The translations under genes were made by a program, and so were the position numbers. A stretch of DNA of 64,000 nucleotides. It comes from the human T2T-CHM13v2.0 reference genome, Homo sapiens. A model generated the notes under the pieces. It worked only from the letters and a program-made list of their open reading frames with translations, searched no databases and was not told the DNA's origin. Positions 37,690 through 52,261 of the stretch are shown piece after piece (position 1 is the first letter of the stretch; every line of letters starts with the position of its first letter). The stretch is from NCBI GenBank assembly GCA_009914755.4, contig CP086569.2, positions 7,616,001-7,680,000 on the forward strand, in the 5' to 3' direction.

Positions 37690-38825
37690 AGAACGTGGCC
37701 TCCAGATATTGAGTGAAATTCACCCCCAATATTTCATGTAAGTTATTTTCTATATTCCCTAAGAGTTGGCCAGTCTGAGAAATAAAGGGACAGAGTACAA
37801 AAGAGATAAATTTTAAAGCTGGGTGTCCAGGGGAGACATCAAATTTTGGCAGGTTCCGTGATGACCCTGAGCCACAAAACCAGCAAGTTTTTATTAGTGA
37901 TTTTCAAAAGAGATGACAGTGTATGAATAGGGTGTGGGTCACAGAGATCACATGCTTCACAAGGTAATAGAATATCACAAGGCAAATGGAGGCAGGGTGA
38001 GATCACAGGACCACAGAACCAGGGTGAAATTAAAGTTGCTAATGAATTTTTGGGCATGCATTGTCATTGATAACATCTTATCAGGAGACAGGGTTTGAGA
38101 GCAGACAACTGGTCTGACCAAAAATTTATTCGGTGGGAATTTCCTCATCCTAATAAGCCTGGGAGCACTGTGGGAGACTAGGGCTTATTTCATCCCTACA
38201 GCTCAATCATAAAAGACAGCTGCCCCCAAAGTGGCCATTTTAGAGGCCACTTTTTAACATAAGGAAACATAGACTCAGGGATGCATTCCTTTCTCAGGGA
38301 TGTTTTTTGCTGAGAAAAATAATCCATCAATATTTTTCCCATTTGCTTTTGAAAGAAGAGAAACATGTCCCTGTCCTGCCCGGCTCACTGGTGGTCAGAA
38401 GTTAAGATTATCTCTCTTGTTGCCTGAACATTGCTGTTATCCTGTTCTTTTTTCAAGTTGTCCAGATTTCTTATTGTTCAAACACACTTGCTCTGCAAAC
38501 AATTTGTGCAGTTAACGCAATCATCACAGGTTCCTGAGGCGACATATATCCTCCTCAGCTTACAGTGATGATGGGATTTAAGGGATTAAAGTAAAGACAG
38601 GCATAGGAAATCACAAGGGAATTGATTGGGAAAGTGATAAGTGTCCAGGAAATCTTCACAATTTCTCTTCAGAGACTGCAGTAAAGACAGGCATAAGAAA
38701 TTAAAAAAGTAGTAATTTTGGGGAACTAATAAATGTCCATAAAATCTTCACAATTTATGTTCTTCTGACATGGTTTCAGCTGGTCCCTCCATTTGGGGTT
38801 CCTGACTTTCCACAACACTGCCCCT
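37690..38825 (-). repeat. 5' LTR of the HERV-K-like provirus, followed on the minus strand by a PBS-like 'TGGAGGCCACGTTC'.
   Basis: Paired with 31850-32955. Sequence immediately 3' on the minus strand, rc(37660-37693), reads '...caatatctgg aggccacgttctc'. The tRNA identity of this PBS is not resolved. Confidence 0.75.
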
Positions 38826-39534
38826 TGTAATTACCAACACATTGGTAGTCTTTCTTTCAATGTAAATTATTAAAGCCACAGGTTCCATATTTTCTTAGAA
38901 TCACTTTTTAAATGAACCCTTCATGTCTTGATCTGGTAATATCTCTGCAGTAAAATGAAAAGATCAAGATGAAAAAAAACCTCACAAAATTTATCCCTCA
39001 TTAGACTTAGGTGAATACACTTTACAAATATATAATTAAACAAAACACACTAATGAGGTGACAATAAAATACAACAGACCCTAATTTCTTTATAGACATA
39101 TAAACTTAACAGGAATACAATGACCAAAATGCCTTTGTGAGAAGTCTAAGAACCAGTTAAGCATTGCAGCTCCCCAAGTGAGCAAAATGAGAACAACCAC
39201 ATTGAAGTGCAATAAAAGTGTTCCTTATTTATGCATGACAGTCATCATCATTCTATGATGACTTTAAATAGAGACTCCCAATTTCAGTCTCCACCCTCCA
39301 AAAATAAATAAAATAGTGGCACCTGGTCCATACTTCTGGCTTTTTGAAAACTTACCAAACAATAATTTTTATATTTTATGACAGTGTTGAAAAGAAAGGT
39401 GGTATACTTTAACAGTTTGGGACAGCTGAGATCAAAGGTAAGTGACTGTTACAAGAGAAGAAAGACTTCATTGTCACAGAGAGACAATAGATGTAGCAAA
39501 TGACTACAGGATCCCAATAAGAAATATGGAGAAT

Positions 39535-39822
39535 GCCAGGAGTGGTCACTTATGCCTGCAATATCAGTACTTTGGGAAGCTGAGGCAGGCAAATCACCTG
39601 AGGTGAGAAATTCAAGACAAGCCAGATTAACATGGTGAAACATTGTCTCTTTAAAAAATTCAAAAATTTGGCAGCCATCATGGCAGCTGCCTCTAATGTG
39701 AGCTGCTCAGGAGGCTGGGGCTGGAGAATCACCTGAACCTGGGTGGTGGAGGTTACTGTGAGTCAAGATTGAGCCATTGCACTGCAGACTGAGCAACAGG
39801 AATGAAACTCCAATGAAAGAAA
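39535..39822 (+). mobile_element. Alu SINE (older, diverged).
   Basis: 'ggagtggtcacttatgcctgcaatatcagtactttgggaagctgaggcaggcaaatcacctgaggt...gagctgctcaggaggctggggctggagaatcacctgaacctgggtggtggaggttactgtgagtcaagattgagccattgcactgcag'. Confidence 0.85.
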
Positions 39823-39834
39823 GAAAAGGAAGGA

Positions 39835-39886
<52 letters not shown>

Positions 39887-39900
39887 AAAAGAAAGAAAGG
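39823..39900 (+). repeat. (GAAA)n microsatellite, the expanded Alu tail.
   Basis: gaaagaaagaaag... seen directly between two Alus. Confidence 0.9.
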
Positions 39901-39902
39901 AG

Positions 39903-40195
<293 letters not shown>

Positions 40196-41621
40196 AAAAC
40201 ACCAACATGGGGAAACTTTTTAAGTTACAAAACACACAAGATCGGAGAAAACATTTATAGAAGAGTCTTAAGAGACTCAGATATCTCTAGTCTAAAATAT
40301 TGGTATCATATTCGCACAGAAAAAAAGCCACTTAAGATTTTAACATGTGGCTTTTTACTATACAAATTGCCATCTAAGATTACAACATATGGAAAACATC
40401 AAGATAATATGGATCAAGCAAAGACAAAAATGAATATACAGAACACAATTATTTAAAAAATGGAGATTTTAAAATTACTTATGACAATTTGAATTCAAGT
40501 CTGATCTATTTTCAAAAGAAAAAAATAAATTATCCTAAAATATCAATATTACCATCTCGAGGAGTAAAATGGAAATAAAGAAATCAAAATGGAATAACCA
40601 AAAGGAATTCACAAAAAATAAAAATCACAAAAAGTAATAAAAACTGTAGAGTAGAAGTACCAAAAAAACTAACAGGGACTTCAACGTTAGTAAAAAATGT
40701 AAGAAAATGAAGAAGCTCAGCAAATGACAACTAAGATTAACACAAAGATATTTCTAACAAGACACAACATAAGCAATGTTTTGAAATTGACAGACAAGAA
40801 GAGAATCTGGAATGCAAGAAGATAAAAGAGACATGTTATTTATATGCATGCTTCTGCAAAATTACCCGTAAATTTATGAACATAAATCATTTGGGCAAGA
40901 AGGGAGTAGGATGACATAGTTAAAACTCTGAAAAAAAAAAAAAAAAGTCTAAGCAAGAATATTATACCCAGCCAAAGTATCCTTTTTTATCCTTTGGGTA
41001 AAAAAGTCTAACTATATCATGATCTATATCAAGATCAAACTATGTCGTGTTTTCAAGAGACTCACTTCAGATCTAATAATAATAAAAATAATGAAAATGG
41101 CAGGATGAGAAATACATTCAAAGCAATGTTAACCAAATGAGAGGAAAAGAGGCAACAAGTTATTAAGTTGAAAACTCTCATATTTCATATAATTTACATC
41201 AAGGCAATATTTACAAGAGACAAAGTAAGACATTCAATTGTAATAAGAGGGTTCATTCACTAACAGCCTGTAAATATATGAAAGTTTTCTGAAATACATT
41301 AAGTAAACATTGACAGAATTGAAACCAAAATGGACAGCAATATAATAATGGAAGTGTAAATCAATATCTCACTTTTAGGAATAAATAAAGCAAGACAGAA
41401 TATCAATGAGGGAGGAAACAACTTGAATGTAATGTATAATAATTACACCTAACAAATATTTATAGAAAACAGAATACCCATTTTTTTTTCAATAGCTAAT
41501 AAAACATTTTCCTAGATGGACCATGAGCGACACCACAAAAGAAGAGCTAACATTTTTTTAAATTAAAATTTTACAATTATTTATAGACCAAATGGAATAA
41601 AACTAGAAATTCATAACAGAA

Positions 41622-41955
41622 TTTTTTTTTTTTTTGAGATGGAGTATTGCTCTGTTCCTAGGCTGAATCAGCGGCACAAATTCAGCTAACTGCAACCTCC
41701 AACTCATGGGTTCAAGCAATTCATCGGCATCACCCTTTCAAGTAGCTGGGAATACAGGCCCACAAACCACCACTTGTCCCGAGTAGCTGACAATACAGTC
41801 ACACAAACAACCATAAAGTACATTTTTTTTTATTTTAGTAGAGACGGGATTTCACCATGTTGGCCAGGAGGATCTCAAAATCCTGAACTCTCCATGCACC
41901 CTCCTTAGCATTCCAAAGTGCTCAGCCTATAGGCATGAGCCACCACACCTGGCCA
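41622..41955 (-). mobile_element. Alu SINE, antisense, with a small internal duplication.
   Basis: 'tttttttttttttgagatggagtattgctctgttcctaggctgaatcagcggcacaaattcagctaactgcaacctcc...gtagctggg...ttttagtagagacgggatttcaccatgttggccaggaggatctc...aaagtgctcagcctataggcatgagccaccacacctggcc'. Confidence 0.9.
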
Positions 41956-42046
41956 ACAACATATTTTGGGCATGCTCTTTTTAAGGGTTGGAAGACATAA
42001 TATTTTGATGTGTCCATGCTGCTTAGTGTAACTCAGATATAAAACA

Positions 42047-42880
42047 CACCCCTTTTCAATTTTAAATTTGAGTTTTCAAAAATAGAAAAAAAAACCCCAC
42101 TAAATTATTTAAGATCTTAAGGGACCGTGAAAAACCTGACAAACTTTAAGAGAAGAAAAATATTAGAAGCATTACACATAACAATTTTCAAACACACACA
42201 CACAAATCTGCAGTAATCAAAGCACTTTGGTACTGGTATAAAGGTGGAATACCAAAGCAATGAAATAGAATGTAGCACAGGTGTATACTCCTGAATAGAG
42301 AGGAGAGACATGCCACCTGTATTTTACATTCAGCCGTTTGTCACATTCCCTTTATGACACAGGCAGGAGAGGAGAGCTACTTTACCTAGATGCTAGTTTC
42401 ATTGATATTTCAAAATGTTCTCTGGGGGCAGGGTACAGACAGGAAAGAAAAACCACCTACACATCCAGTTTCAATTTTAAATTTGAGTTTTTCAAAAATA
42501 GAAAAAAAAAACAAAAAAGTTATGTAAGATATTAAGGGACCATGAAAAGCCTGACAAAAAATATTAGAATCATTACACATAAAAATTTCCAAACACACAC
42601 ACACAAATCTGCAGTAATCAAAGCACTTTGGTACTGGTATAAAGGTAGAATACCAAAGTAATTAAATAGAATGTGGCACAGACATATACTCTTGAATAGA
42701 GAGGAGAGACAGCCACATGTCACATTTCCTTTGGGCTTAGGACACAGGCAGGAGAGGAGAGCTACATTACCTAGTTGCTAGTTTCAGTGATATTTCAAAA
42801 TGTTCTCTGGGAGCTGGGCACAGGAAGGAGAGAAAAACCACCTAGGGAAAGACCCAGATATATGTGATAATATCCTCTGT
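42047..42880. repeat. Tandem duplication, 2 x ~415 bp, spanning the island/satellite junction. Each copy is ~265 bp non-satellite plus ~2 monomers.
   Basis: '...ttcaattttaaatttgagtttt(t)caaaaatagaaaaaaaaa...ttaagggacc(g/a)tgaaaa(a/g)cctgacaaa...acacacacacacaaatctgcagtaatcaaagcactttggtactggtataaaggt(g/a)gaataccaaag(c/t)aat(g/t)aaatagaatgt(a/g)gcacag...aatagagaggagagaca(t/g)(g)ccac(c/a)tgt...gacacaggcaggagaggagagctac(t/a)ttacctag(a/t)tgctagtttca(t/g)tgatatttcaaaatgttctctggg' occurs at 42047 and again at 42462. Confidence 0.85.
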
Positions 42881-43217
42881 TTACTGCACCAGGCAGAAGA
42901 GGAACATTATTATGATTCTGACCTGGTGATATGTAACAGTGCACCCATGGAAAGCAATTTGAGGCAAAATGTCTCAACACCACTGTACTAGACCCTGTGA
43001 TATGACACAATCCCATCATCTTTGAGGATGACAGGTTTAACCTTTAGTTGAGAATGTATATTAGAGCCACAATCTCACATGTGTGCTCGACCAATACAGG
43101 ACACTATCAAAAACATCCAAGGGCTTTATAAAACCTGTATCAGAGTTTCAAACCTCTCTGAGGCCCAGGTGTTCATTGCCCTAAACCCAGTTATGACACT
43201 CAACATCTGTTCTATAG

Positions 43218-43550
<333 letters not shown>

Positions 43551-45536
43551 CACCCATTATCATGCTTGTGGACTCAGTTCAGAAATGAGTTACCATCCCA
43601 CCTGTGTCCAGATCCACATAAGGAGGTCCAAATTCCAACTTTGTGATGTATTTCCTCATTAGACTCAGAACTTCTACAGTGGGCTTTGTAAATGTGGGAT
43701 GGTGACAACTTTAATTTCATCTGGGTTTGTAAACAAGAGTCCCAATCTGAACTTTTTGCTGGGCCCTGTTATAAAACGCTCTACCACCAGAGTTTATACA
43801 ATGTAAGTTAGTGTTATAAACTTCTGTGAGCTTGGTAAAAATATGCAACCCAGGACTTTACCTATTGCCCTAAGCCTAACACTGAGAGGAAAAATATTTT
43901 TTATTGTCTGAATCCCAATGTAAGTTTCATTATCATGGCTGTGAACTGAAGAAAGGTATATGTCATCATCCCATATATGAGCAAAAAATTAGTCAGAAGG
44001 GTAATATCACTTAGATGCTATGTCAGGGAATATGTAACAATGCCTTTTCTAGGCATGGTACAAGAAATTGGGTCAAATTAACTGAGTCCTAGACCTGTCA
44101 ATATGACACCACCCCACATGTGGAAAAAAAACAGCCAAGTTATGAGAGCCAAAACACCTACATAATGGGCTTAAGATATGTCAAAATACTTTCATTCGCT
44201 TGAGCTCAGGAAGAAGAGTCACATCATAGAAGTGCTAGGCCCAGCAATACACGGTATGTCATAATTTTCTCTTTATGCAGAAGCAAGGTTGTAGAGTGAC
44301 ATCATCTGTGTTATGGGCCCTGCAATAGGTCAAAATTCATTTCATTGTGGCATAATTCAGGAAAAAAGGGAGAGTCACATATTGTGGGTGCTGGGCTGAG
44401 TAATGTGCCAAAATCCCCCTATTGTGAAGTCCCAGGCAGAAAATGAGTCACAGCACTTAAGTCATAGGCTCAGAGATGTGTCATAATGTTCCCAGTATGC
44501 AGGGCTCAGGCAAGCAATGAGAGCCATATCACTTACGTACTTCCCTTGGAAGATGTCACAAGCCAACATGTGGTCAGAAATCAGACAGAATAGTCACATC
44601 ACTTGGCTACTGTATCCTGAGATATGGCACAAGAATCTCTTAAAACAGCACCCAGCAAAGAGTTATTTCACCTAAGTGCAATTTCTCTGCTTATGCCACA
44701 ATGTTCCATGTGGGTAGGGCCCAAAAAATGGGTCATTTCACCTAGAAGATTGTCCAGAGATATATCACAAGACCCTCTATGTGGCATAGCCCTGAAAAAA
44801 GAGTACTACTACCTGTCTGCCTGGCCAAGAAATATTTCAATCTCAAGTTTGGCAGGGCCCAAGCAGGAGAGCTACATACCCTAGGTGATAGGTCCAGAGA
44901 TATGTCAAAATGCAGTCCTTTGGGCATGGCTCTGGCAAAAGAGTATCCTTGCCTGTGGGTCTGGCTTGGCAATATGTCACTATACTTCCTTTGTGCACGG
45001 CCCATTCTGGAGAAAAGAGTTACATCACCTATGAGGTGGACACAGAAATATGTCACAATGATTTGGGTGGGCATGGCACAAGCAAGAATGTAACATTAAC
45101 TGGGTGCTAGATCCAGTGGTATATTGCAATCCTTACTTGGAGAAAGGCCCAGATAGGAGAGTCGTATCACCTAGAGTTTGGCCTAGGTAGATATCATAGT
45201 CCCATAGAACCATTCTGCATAATCAAATTATAAAGGAGTTTCGCAAAAATTTATATCATGATCACATTTTCAGAAAATTCCAAAGGTGAGATTTACAATA
45301 CCACACATCTTGCTTTTATGTGTGACAGCTGGCTTAATCCATGTGAGATAATGACAGCCCTTACTCACAGCTTTGTGTGTTTACAGGACTCACAAATTCA
45401 CCTGTGTGTTGAGTCTGTATAATCTAAAGACTTTGTAAAATATGTGTGAGTGTTGTAATCTTTTGTGCCTCTGCAGAAGATTGTGATCCAAGACATCATG
45501 CCTGTCCCTAAAGTTAGTTATGAGTCAAAATATTCT

Positions 45537-46075
<539 letters not shown>

Positions 46076-49000
46076 GGCTGAGTCTACATATGAGATTCAT
46101 TATCATTCTTGTGAGCCATGCCTAGGTATATGTTACAATACCCTCTGTGGTTATGAAGCAGGCAGAACAGCTACATCACCTAAATTCTGGGCTAGAAATA
46201 CTTCAATATTCTCTTGGTAGACACGGTGCTATCAGAAATTTTACCTATCTTGTGTGCTAGGTTCAGCTCTGTGCCACAATGTCCTTTGTGGGCAGTGTGG
46301 TAGGACGGGAGAGTTATGTAACCTAAATGATTGGCCCAAACATATGTCACAATGCCACCTGTTTGCAGGGCCCAAACAAGAAATTCATATCATTTGGATG
46401 CAATGTTTAGAAAAGCTAAAATTACCAAAGGAAGCAGGGTTCAGGCAGGAGAGGAGAGGCATGTAACCTAGAAGATGTGTCCATAAATATGTTACAATCT
46501 CCCCCTGAGGACATTGTTAAGATAGCAAAGAGCAATCACTAATATATGTGGCACAGCTATTTGTCAAAAACTCATTTATGAGCTCTACCTAGGCAGCAAT
46601 ATTAAATCACTCAGTGTTGCAGAAACCAGCCCCACACCACCCAGCAGGTTCCCTGAGTCCAGCGGAGACAAAGGAGTTAGAAAGAAACAGAATAAGCATT
46701 TAAAAGGTTCATCCAGGGGACCAGAGCATCGGAGGATTGCTCACAGCCCTGAGCACTTTGGCTCTGCCTAATGAATTGGTTTACAAGCTATTTATTCTTA
46801 GGTCAGATGGGAGGGGTAGGAAGGGATAAGAAAAGGAATAATCAATGAAGGAGAACTCATGAGTCATTCAATAAGATGTATAGCATTGGAGATTTCTGTG
46901 AATTTCTTTGAACAAAGGCATGTGTCTAAACTACTTAAGATGTTTAACCTATCTGGACTGAAATGGGTGGGAATGGGTTTCAGGAGGAGCCACGATGTAA
47001 GATTATACTCCATTACTTCGAGGGAATGCTATCTCCCTGATCAACCTGTGGAAAGCCACGGAGCTGTTATGCTCTTGGGGCATAAAGACATGAAGGCAAT
47101 AAGAAGACATTTCTCCTCAGAGGTCACCCATGGCTTCCCATGGGTGTGTCACACAGAGGAGACCAACCCATCTGGCACCCCAGAAACTCTCTTTCCCACA
47201 ATTCAGGAGCTGGGCAAAAGTACATGTCACAATTACACTTGTGGAAAGGTTTAAGAATAAGCATCAGCATCCTGCACCTGTCTTGAAGCCAGGCATATGA
47301 GTTGTTATTAGGCTTTTGTTATTATCTCTGTTTTATTGCACAGTATCATCTGTGGTGATAAAGAAGTCAAGAAAGTCACCTCACCTATGTCGAGATGGCG
47401 CCAGTGAGATGTCACATTCCACCTTCTGGGCAGGACCCTGGCAGAAAAGTCACATCACCTGTATGCTGATTGCAGTGGCATATCTAAAATTCCTCTCTCG
47501 GCAGCACTCTAGAAAGAGAGGAGACTCATTTAACCTAATCAATTAGCCTACATATATCTCACAATGTCTGTGATGTGCAGTACCAATGCTGGAGAGTGTC
47601 TTCACATTGTTTCCAGCCCCAGCAACATGTCACAATCTTCCTGTGGTCAGGTCCCAATCAAAAGTGAAGAAACATCACATAGGTGCTGAGCCAAGTGAGA
47701 TGTTACATCACTTTCTGTTGACAGAACCCAAAAAGGAGAATCACATCACCTATGTGCAGTACCCAGTTATTGTCACAGTGCACTGTGAGTGAAGGACTAA
47801 TGCAGTAGAAGGGATTCACATCACTTATGTGGTAGACCTAGATATGAAACACAATTCTCTTTGGAGGAGGTTTCAAGCAGATAATTCTCATCACCTGGGT
47901 GATGGTCCAAATGATGTATAAAATTGCCATTTGTAGGCAGAGCCATGAAAGTTGTAATATATTGCTAGGTTGCTTGTTCCACATAGGGCATAATTTCTTC
48001 TGTGGTCCAGTCCTAGAAAAAAGAGTCAAATTATTCATATGCAGGACAAAGTTACCTGTCACAATCACTATCTCAGAAAGTTTTAGAAATAACTTTCACA
48101 TCGCACATAAGTCTTGGTTTTGTGTATGTGAGTCAACACTTTCTATGAGTTGGTCAAAGTATATGAGACACAATCACAACAATGGGCAAGATTCATGAAT
48201 AGGAGGCCCAATCTCATTTGAAGATTGTGTTCCAGTAGGGTAGTAACAGCCTTACCAGTGTGTTGAATCATTCATCATCAAAAGACCCATGAAATTCTCT
48301 ACTACCAAAGAGTTTATACAATATAAGTTAGTGTTGTAAGCTTCTGTGAGCTTGGTAAAAATATAAAACCTAGACCTAATCTAATCCCCTAAGATTAACA
48401 CTGAGAAGCAAAAGATATGCTATTGGCTGAATCCTAATATAAGTTTGATCATCATGCCTGTGAACTGAAGAAAGCTATATGTCATAATACCACATGTGGA
48501 CAAAAAACTAGGGAGGAGGGTGATATCGTTGAGTTACTGTGCCATACATAACATCATAATATCTTCTCTAGGTATGGTATAAGAAATTGGGTCACATTAA
48601 CTGGGTGTTGACCAAGCAATATGACATCATTCCACATGTGGAAAAAAACCCAACCAAGTTGTGATAGCCAAAACACCTACATAATTAGGCTAAGATGTCA
48701 AAATACCTTCACTGGCTCAAACACAAGCAGGAGAGTCACATCATAAGGGAGCTGGGCCTAGCCATATGCAATATGTCATCATTTCCTTTCTATGCAGAAC
48801 CAAAGCAGAAGAGTGATATCATCTGGGTTATGGGCCCTGTAAAAGGACAAAATTCCTTTTTTGTGGATACAGTTCAGGAAAAAGGGGAGAGTCACATATC
48901 ATGAGTGCTAGGCTCAGCAATGTGCCAAAATACTCCAACTGTGAAGGCCCAGGCAGAAAATGAGAGTCACATCATTTAGATCATGGTCTCAGAGATATGC

Positions 49001-52000
49001 CCCAATGTCCCCAGTATGCAGGCCTCAGGCAGAATAGGAGACCCGTATCACCTAGTTGCTTCCCATGGATTGTATCACAAGGTATCAGGTGGGCAGACAT
49101 CAGACGACAGAGCTACGTTACTTGGGTGTTGGGTTCAGAGATATGTCACAGGATCTCTTAGGACACCACCCAAGTTAGAGATTTACATCATGAACATGCA
49201 TGTTCTCTGCTTATGCTGCAATATTCCATGAGTTGGGCCCCAAGGAGGGAGTCACTTCACCTAAGTGACAGATAGGCCCAGAGATATGTCAGTCACAAAG
49301 TCATCTATGAAGCATAGCCCTGGCAAAAGGGTACCATCAACTGTGTGCCTGGATTAGAAACATGTCACTCTTCAGGTTGGGAGGGCCCAAGCAGGAAAGC
49401 CACATCACCTAGGTAATAGGCCGAGAGATGTACTAAACTGCCCTCCTTAAAGCATGGCTCTAAGGATGGTACTCTGGCAAAAGAGTACCATTTCCTGTGT
49501 GCCTGGGCTTTCATTATGTAACTATCCTTTCTTTGTATAGGGCCTATTTCAGAGAGGATTTACATCACCCATGTGGTGGACACAAAAAACTGTTACAATG
49601 GTTTTGGTAGGCATGGAGCTGGCAAGATTGTAACATCGTGTGGATGCTAGATCCAGTGATATATCACAACACTTACTTAGAGAAGGGCCCAGGGAGTAGA
49701 GTCACCTCACCTTGAGGTTGGGCTAGGTAGAAATCAAAATCCCACATATGCCTGGAACAAGTGTGGAGAGTCAAATTACTCATGTGCTTGGCAAAAATTA
49801 ATATCACAATCATACTGTCAGAAAATTCCAAAGATGAGATTTATAATATCACAAATGTCCTGTTTTCATGCGTGACATTTGACTTCATCTATGTGTGATG
49901 AGGACAGTCCTTACTGTCACCTGGGTGTGCATACAAGACTCACAATTTCACCTGTGTCCTGAGCCCTGCTTTTACTCTGTCTGTAATAACTCAAAGACTT
50001 TGTAAAATATGTGTGAGTGTTGTAATATTTTGTAACCTTTGTACAAAAAAGGTAATTTAGGACATCAAGCATGTCCCTAAACCTAGTTGTGAGTCAAAAT
50101 GGCATCTATTGGCTAAGTCTACATATGAGAGCCATTATCATGCCTGTGAGCCATTCCTAGGTATATATTACAATCCCCCCTGTAGTTTTGAAGCAGGCAG
50201 AACAGTCTCATCACCTAAATGCTGGCCCAGAAATATTCCAATTATCTTTATGTAGGCAGGGTTCTGTCAGAAATGTCACTTAAATTCTGTACTAGGTCCA
50301 GCTCTGTGGCACAACATCCCATGTTGGCAGTGTCCAGGCAGGAGAGGACTGTCATATCACCTAAATCATGGGCCCCAAAACATGTTGTGATGCCTCTTGT
50401 TGACAGGTCCCAGGGAAGAATGTCTTATCATTTGGATGCCAAGTTTAGAAATGCTCCAATTACCAAAAGAATTAGGGTCCAAGCAGGAGAGGAGAGTCAT
50501 GTAACCTAGACAATAGCTCCAGAAATATGTTACAAGTCTCATGAGGACATTGCTAAGATAGTACGTTAAATCACCAAGGTGCTTGCCCCAGGTATTTGTC
50601 AAAATCTTATTTGTGAGCTATACCTAAGCAGTATTACAAAATCACTCAGGAACTGGACAAAGGTATATGTCACAATTCCAATGGAAAAGTTTAATAATAA
50701 AAGTCACCACCCTGAAAATGTCCTGGATTTTGGCATATTAGTTGTTAATAGGCTTTTTTTAATGGTCTCAGGTATATGACACAATATCACCTGTGGCAGA
50801 CAGAAAGTAAGAAACTCACATCACCTACATGGTTGTGGGTCCAGTTAGATGTCACAATCCACCTTGTGGGCAGAACACTGGCAGAAGAGTCACACTACCT
50901 GGATACTGGTTTTAGCAACATAGCTAAACCCCTTCTGTGTGCAGGACTTTGGCAAGAAAGGAGACTCACTTTACCTAGGCAATTGACATAGATATATTTC
51001 ACAATGTCTGTAAAGTTCAGTACCAAGCCTGGAGAGTGACTTCACCTTTGTGCTGGCTCAAGCAATATCTAACAATATCTCTGTGGTCAGAACCCAGGCA
51101 AAAGCAAAAAAACATCACCTATGTGCTGAGCCAAGTGACATGTTACAATGCTTCCTGTTGGCAGTACCCAAAAAACAGAATCACATAATCTGGGTACAGT
51201 TTCCAGCTACATGTCACAATGCACTGTAAGTACAGGACCAAGGCAGTAGAAGGGAGTCACATCACTTAGGTGATGGACCTAGATATAAGACACACTTTTC
51301 TTTGTATGCAGGTTTCAGGCAGATAATTCACATCACCTGGGTGATGGTCACAGTGATTTATAAAAGTGAACTCTGTAGGCAGAGCCAAGGCATATGTTAC
51401 CTATTGCTTAGGTGTTTTTCCTCATATGGCACAATTTTATCTGTGGTCTGGTCCTAGAAAAGTGAGTCAAATTATTCATGTGCTGGGCAATTACACTCTC
51501 AGAATCATTCCGAAATAAGTTTCACATCCCACATAAGTGCTGGATTCATGTATGTGATTCAATACTTTCTGTAAGTTGTGTCAAAGTAGAGGGGTCACAA
51601 TCTCAACAATGGGCAAGATTCATGTATAAGAGCCCCAATTTCAATTGAAGATTGTGTTTCAGGAAAGGAGTCACAGCCCCACAGGTGTGATGAATCAAGG
51701 TTCACATGTTACCAAATCACTTGTGAATCAGAGCCATGTATGAGAGTAGTTACTTAACCTTTGGCTGCTTTTTAAGTGTGAGATTCAGTACCTCATATAT
51801 AAGCGCTGTTCATGTGTGAGAAAGACAATCATGTCAGCTCTGTGCACATATGATGGTCACAATCTCACCTCGGTGATGGCCTCTGTTATGAAACCCTTTG
51901 TCCCATTGAGGTTTATATGATATACTTTAGAGTTATAATTTTTCTAGAAACTTATAATTGTAAAAATCCCAGGACTTTATCCATGACTGTGAGACTGGCT

Positions 52001-52261
52001 ATGAGAGTCAAAACATCTCTACTGACTAGGTCCAGGAATAAGACTTTTTATTGTGCATGTTTGTTTAACCCAGGTATATGTCACAATCTTGGCTGTGAGC
52101 AGAGACAAGACAGGGGAGTCTCATCACCTGGGTGCTGAGCCAGTGACACAATATAATCTCATTTGTAGGATGGGCCTAGTTAGCAGATTCACATCACTTG
52201 GGTAAATCGTCAAAGAGTAAGTCATCAAGCCCACTATAGACAGGGTAGAAGATGAAGAGGA

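Larger units (their letters stand above)
31850..38825 (-). mobile_element. HERV-K-like (class II, betaretrovirus-like) provirus, internally deleted. Layout on the minus strand: 5'LTR, leader/gag fragment, PR with G-patch, RT N-terminal part, a deletion of RNaseH/IN, env, PPT, 3'LTR.
   Basis: Two ~1.1 kb direct repeats in the same orientation (31850-32955 and 37690-38825), both beginning on the minus strand with TGTTGTGG(G)AAAGTCAGGAACC. A purine run (rc 'aaaaagaaagggagaga') lies immediately upstream of the 3' LTR. Gene order PR>RT>env is consistent with minus-strand reading. Confidence 0.85.

Noticed and set aside
40200-41620. A-rich low-complexity stretch between two Alus; considered as a possible ancient L1 ORF2/3' remnant.
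   Set aside because: I could not align it convincingly by eye to L1 or any other family. Left unannotated; RepeatMasker would decide.
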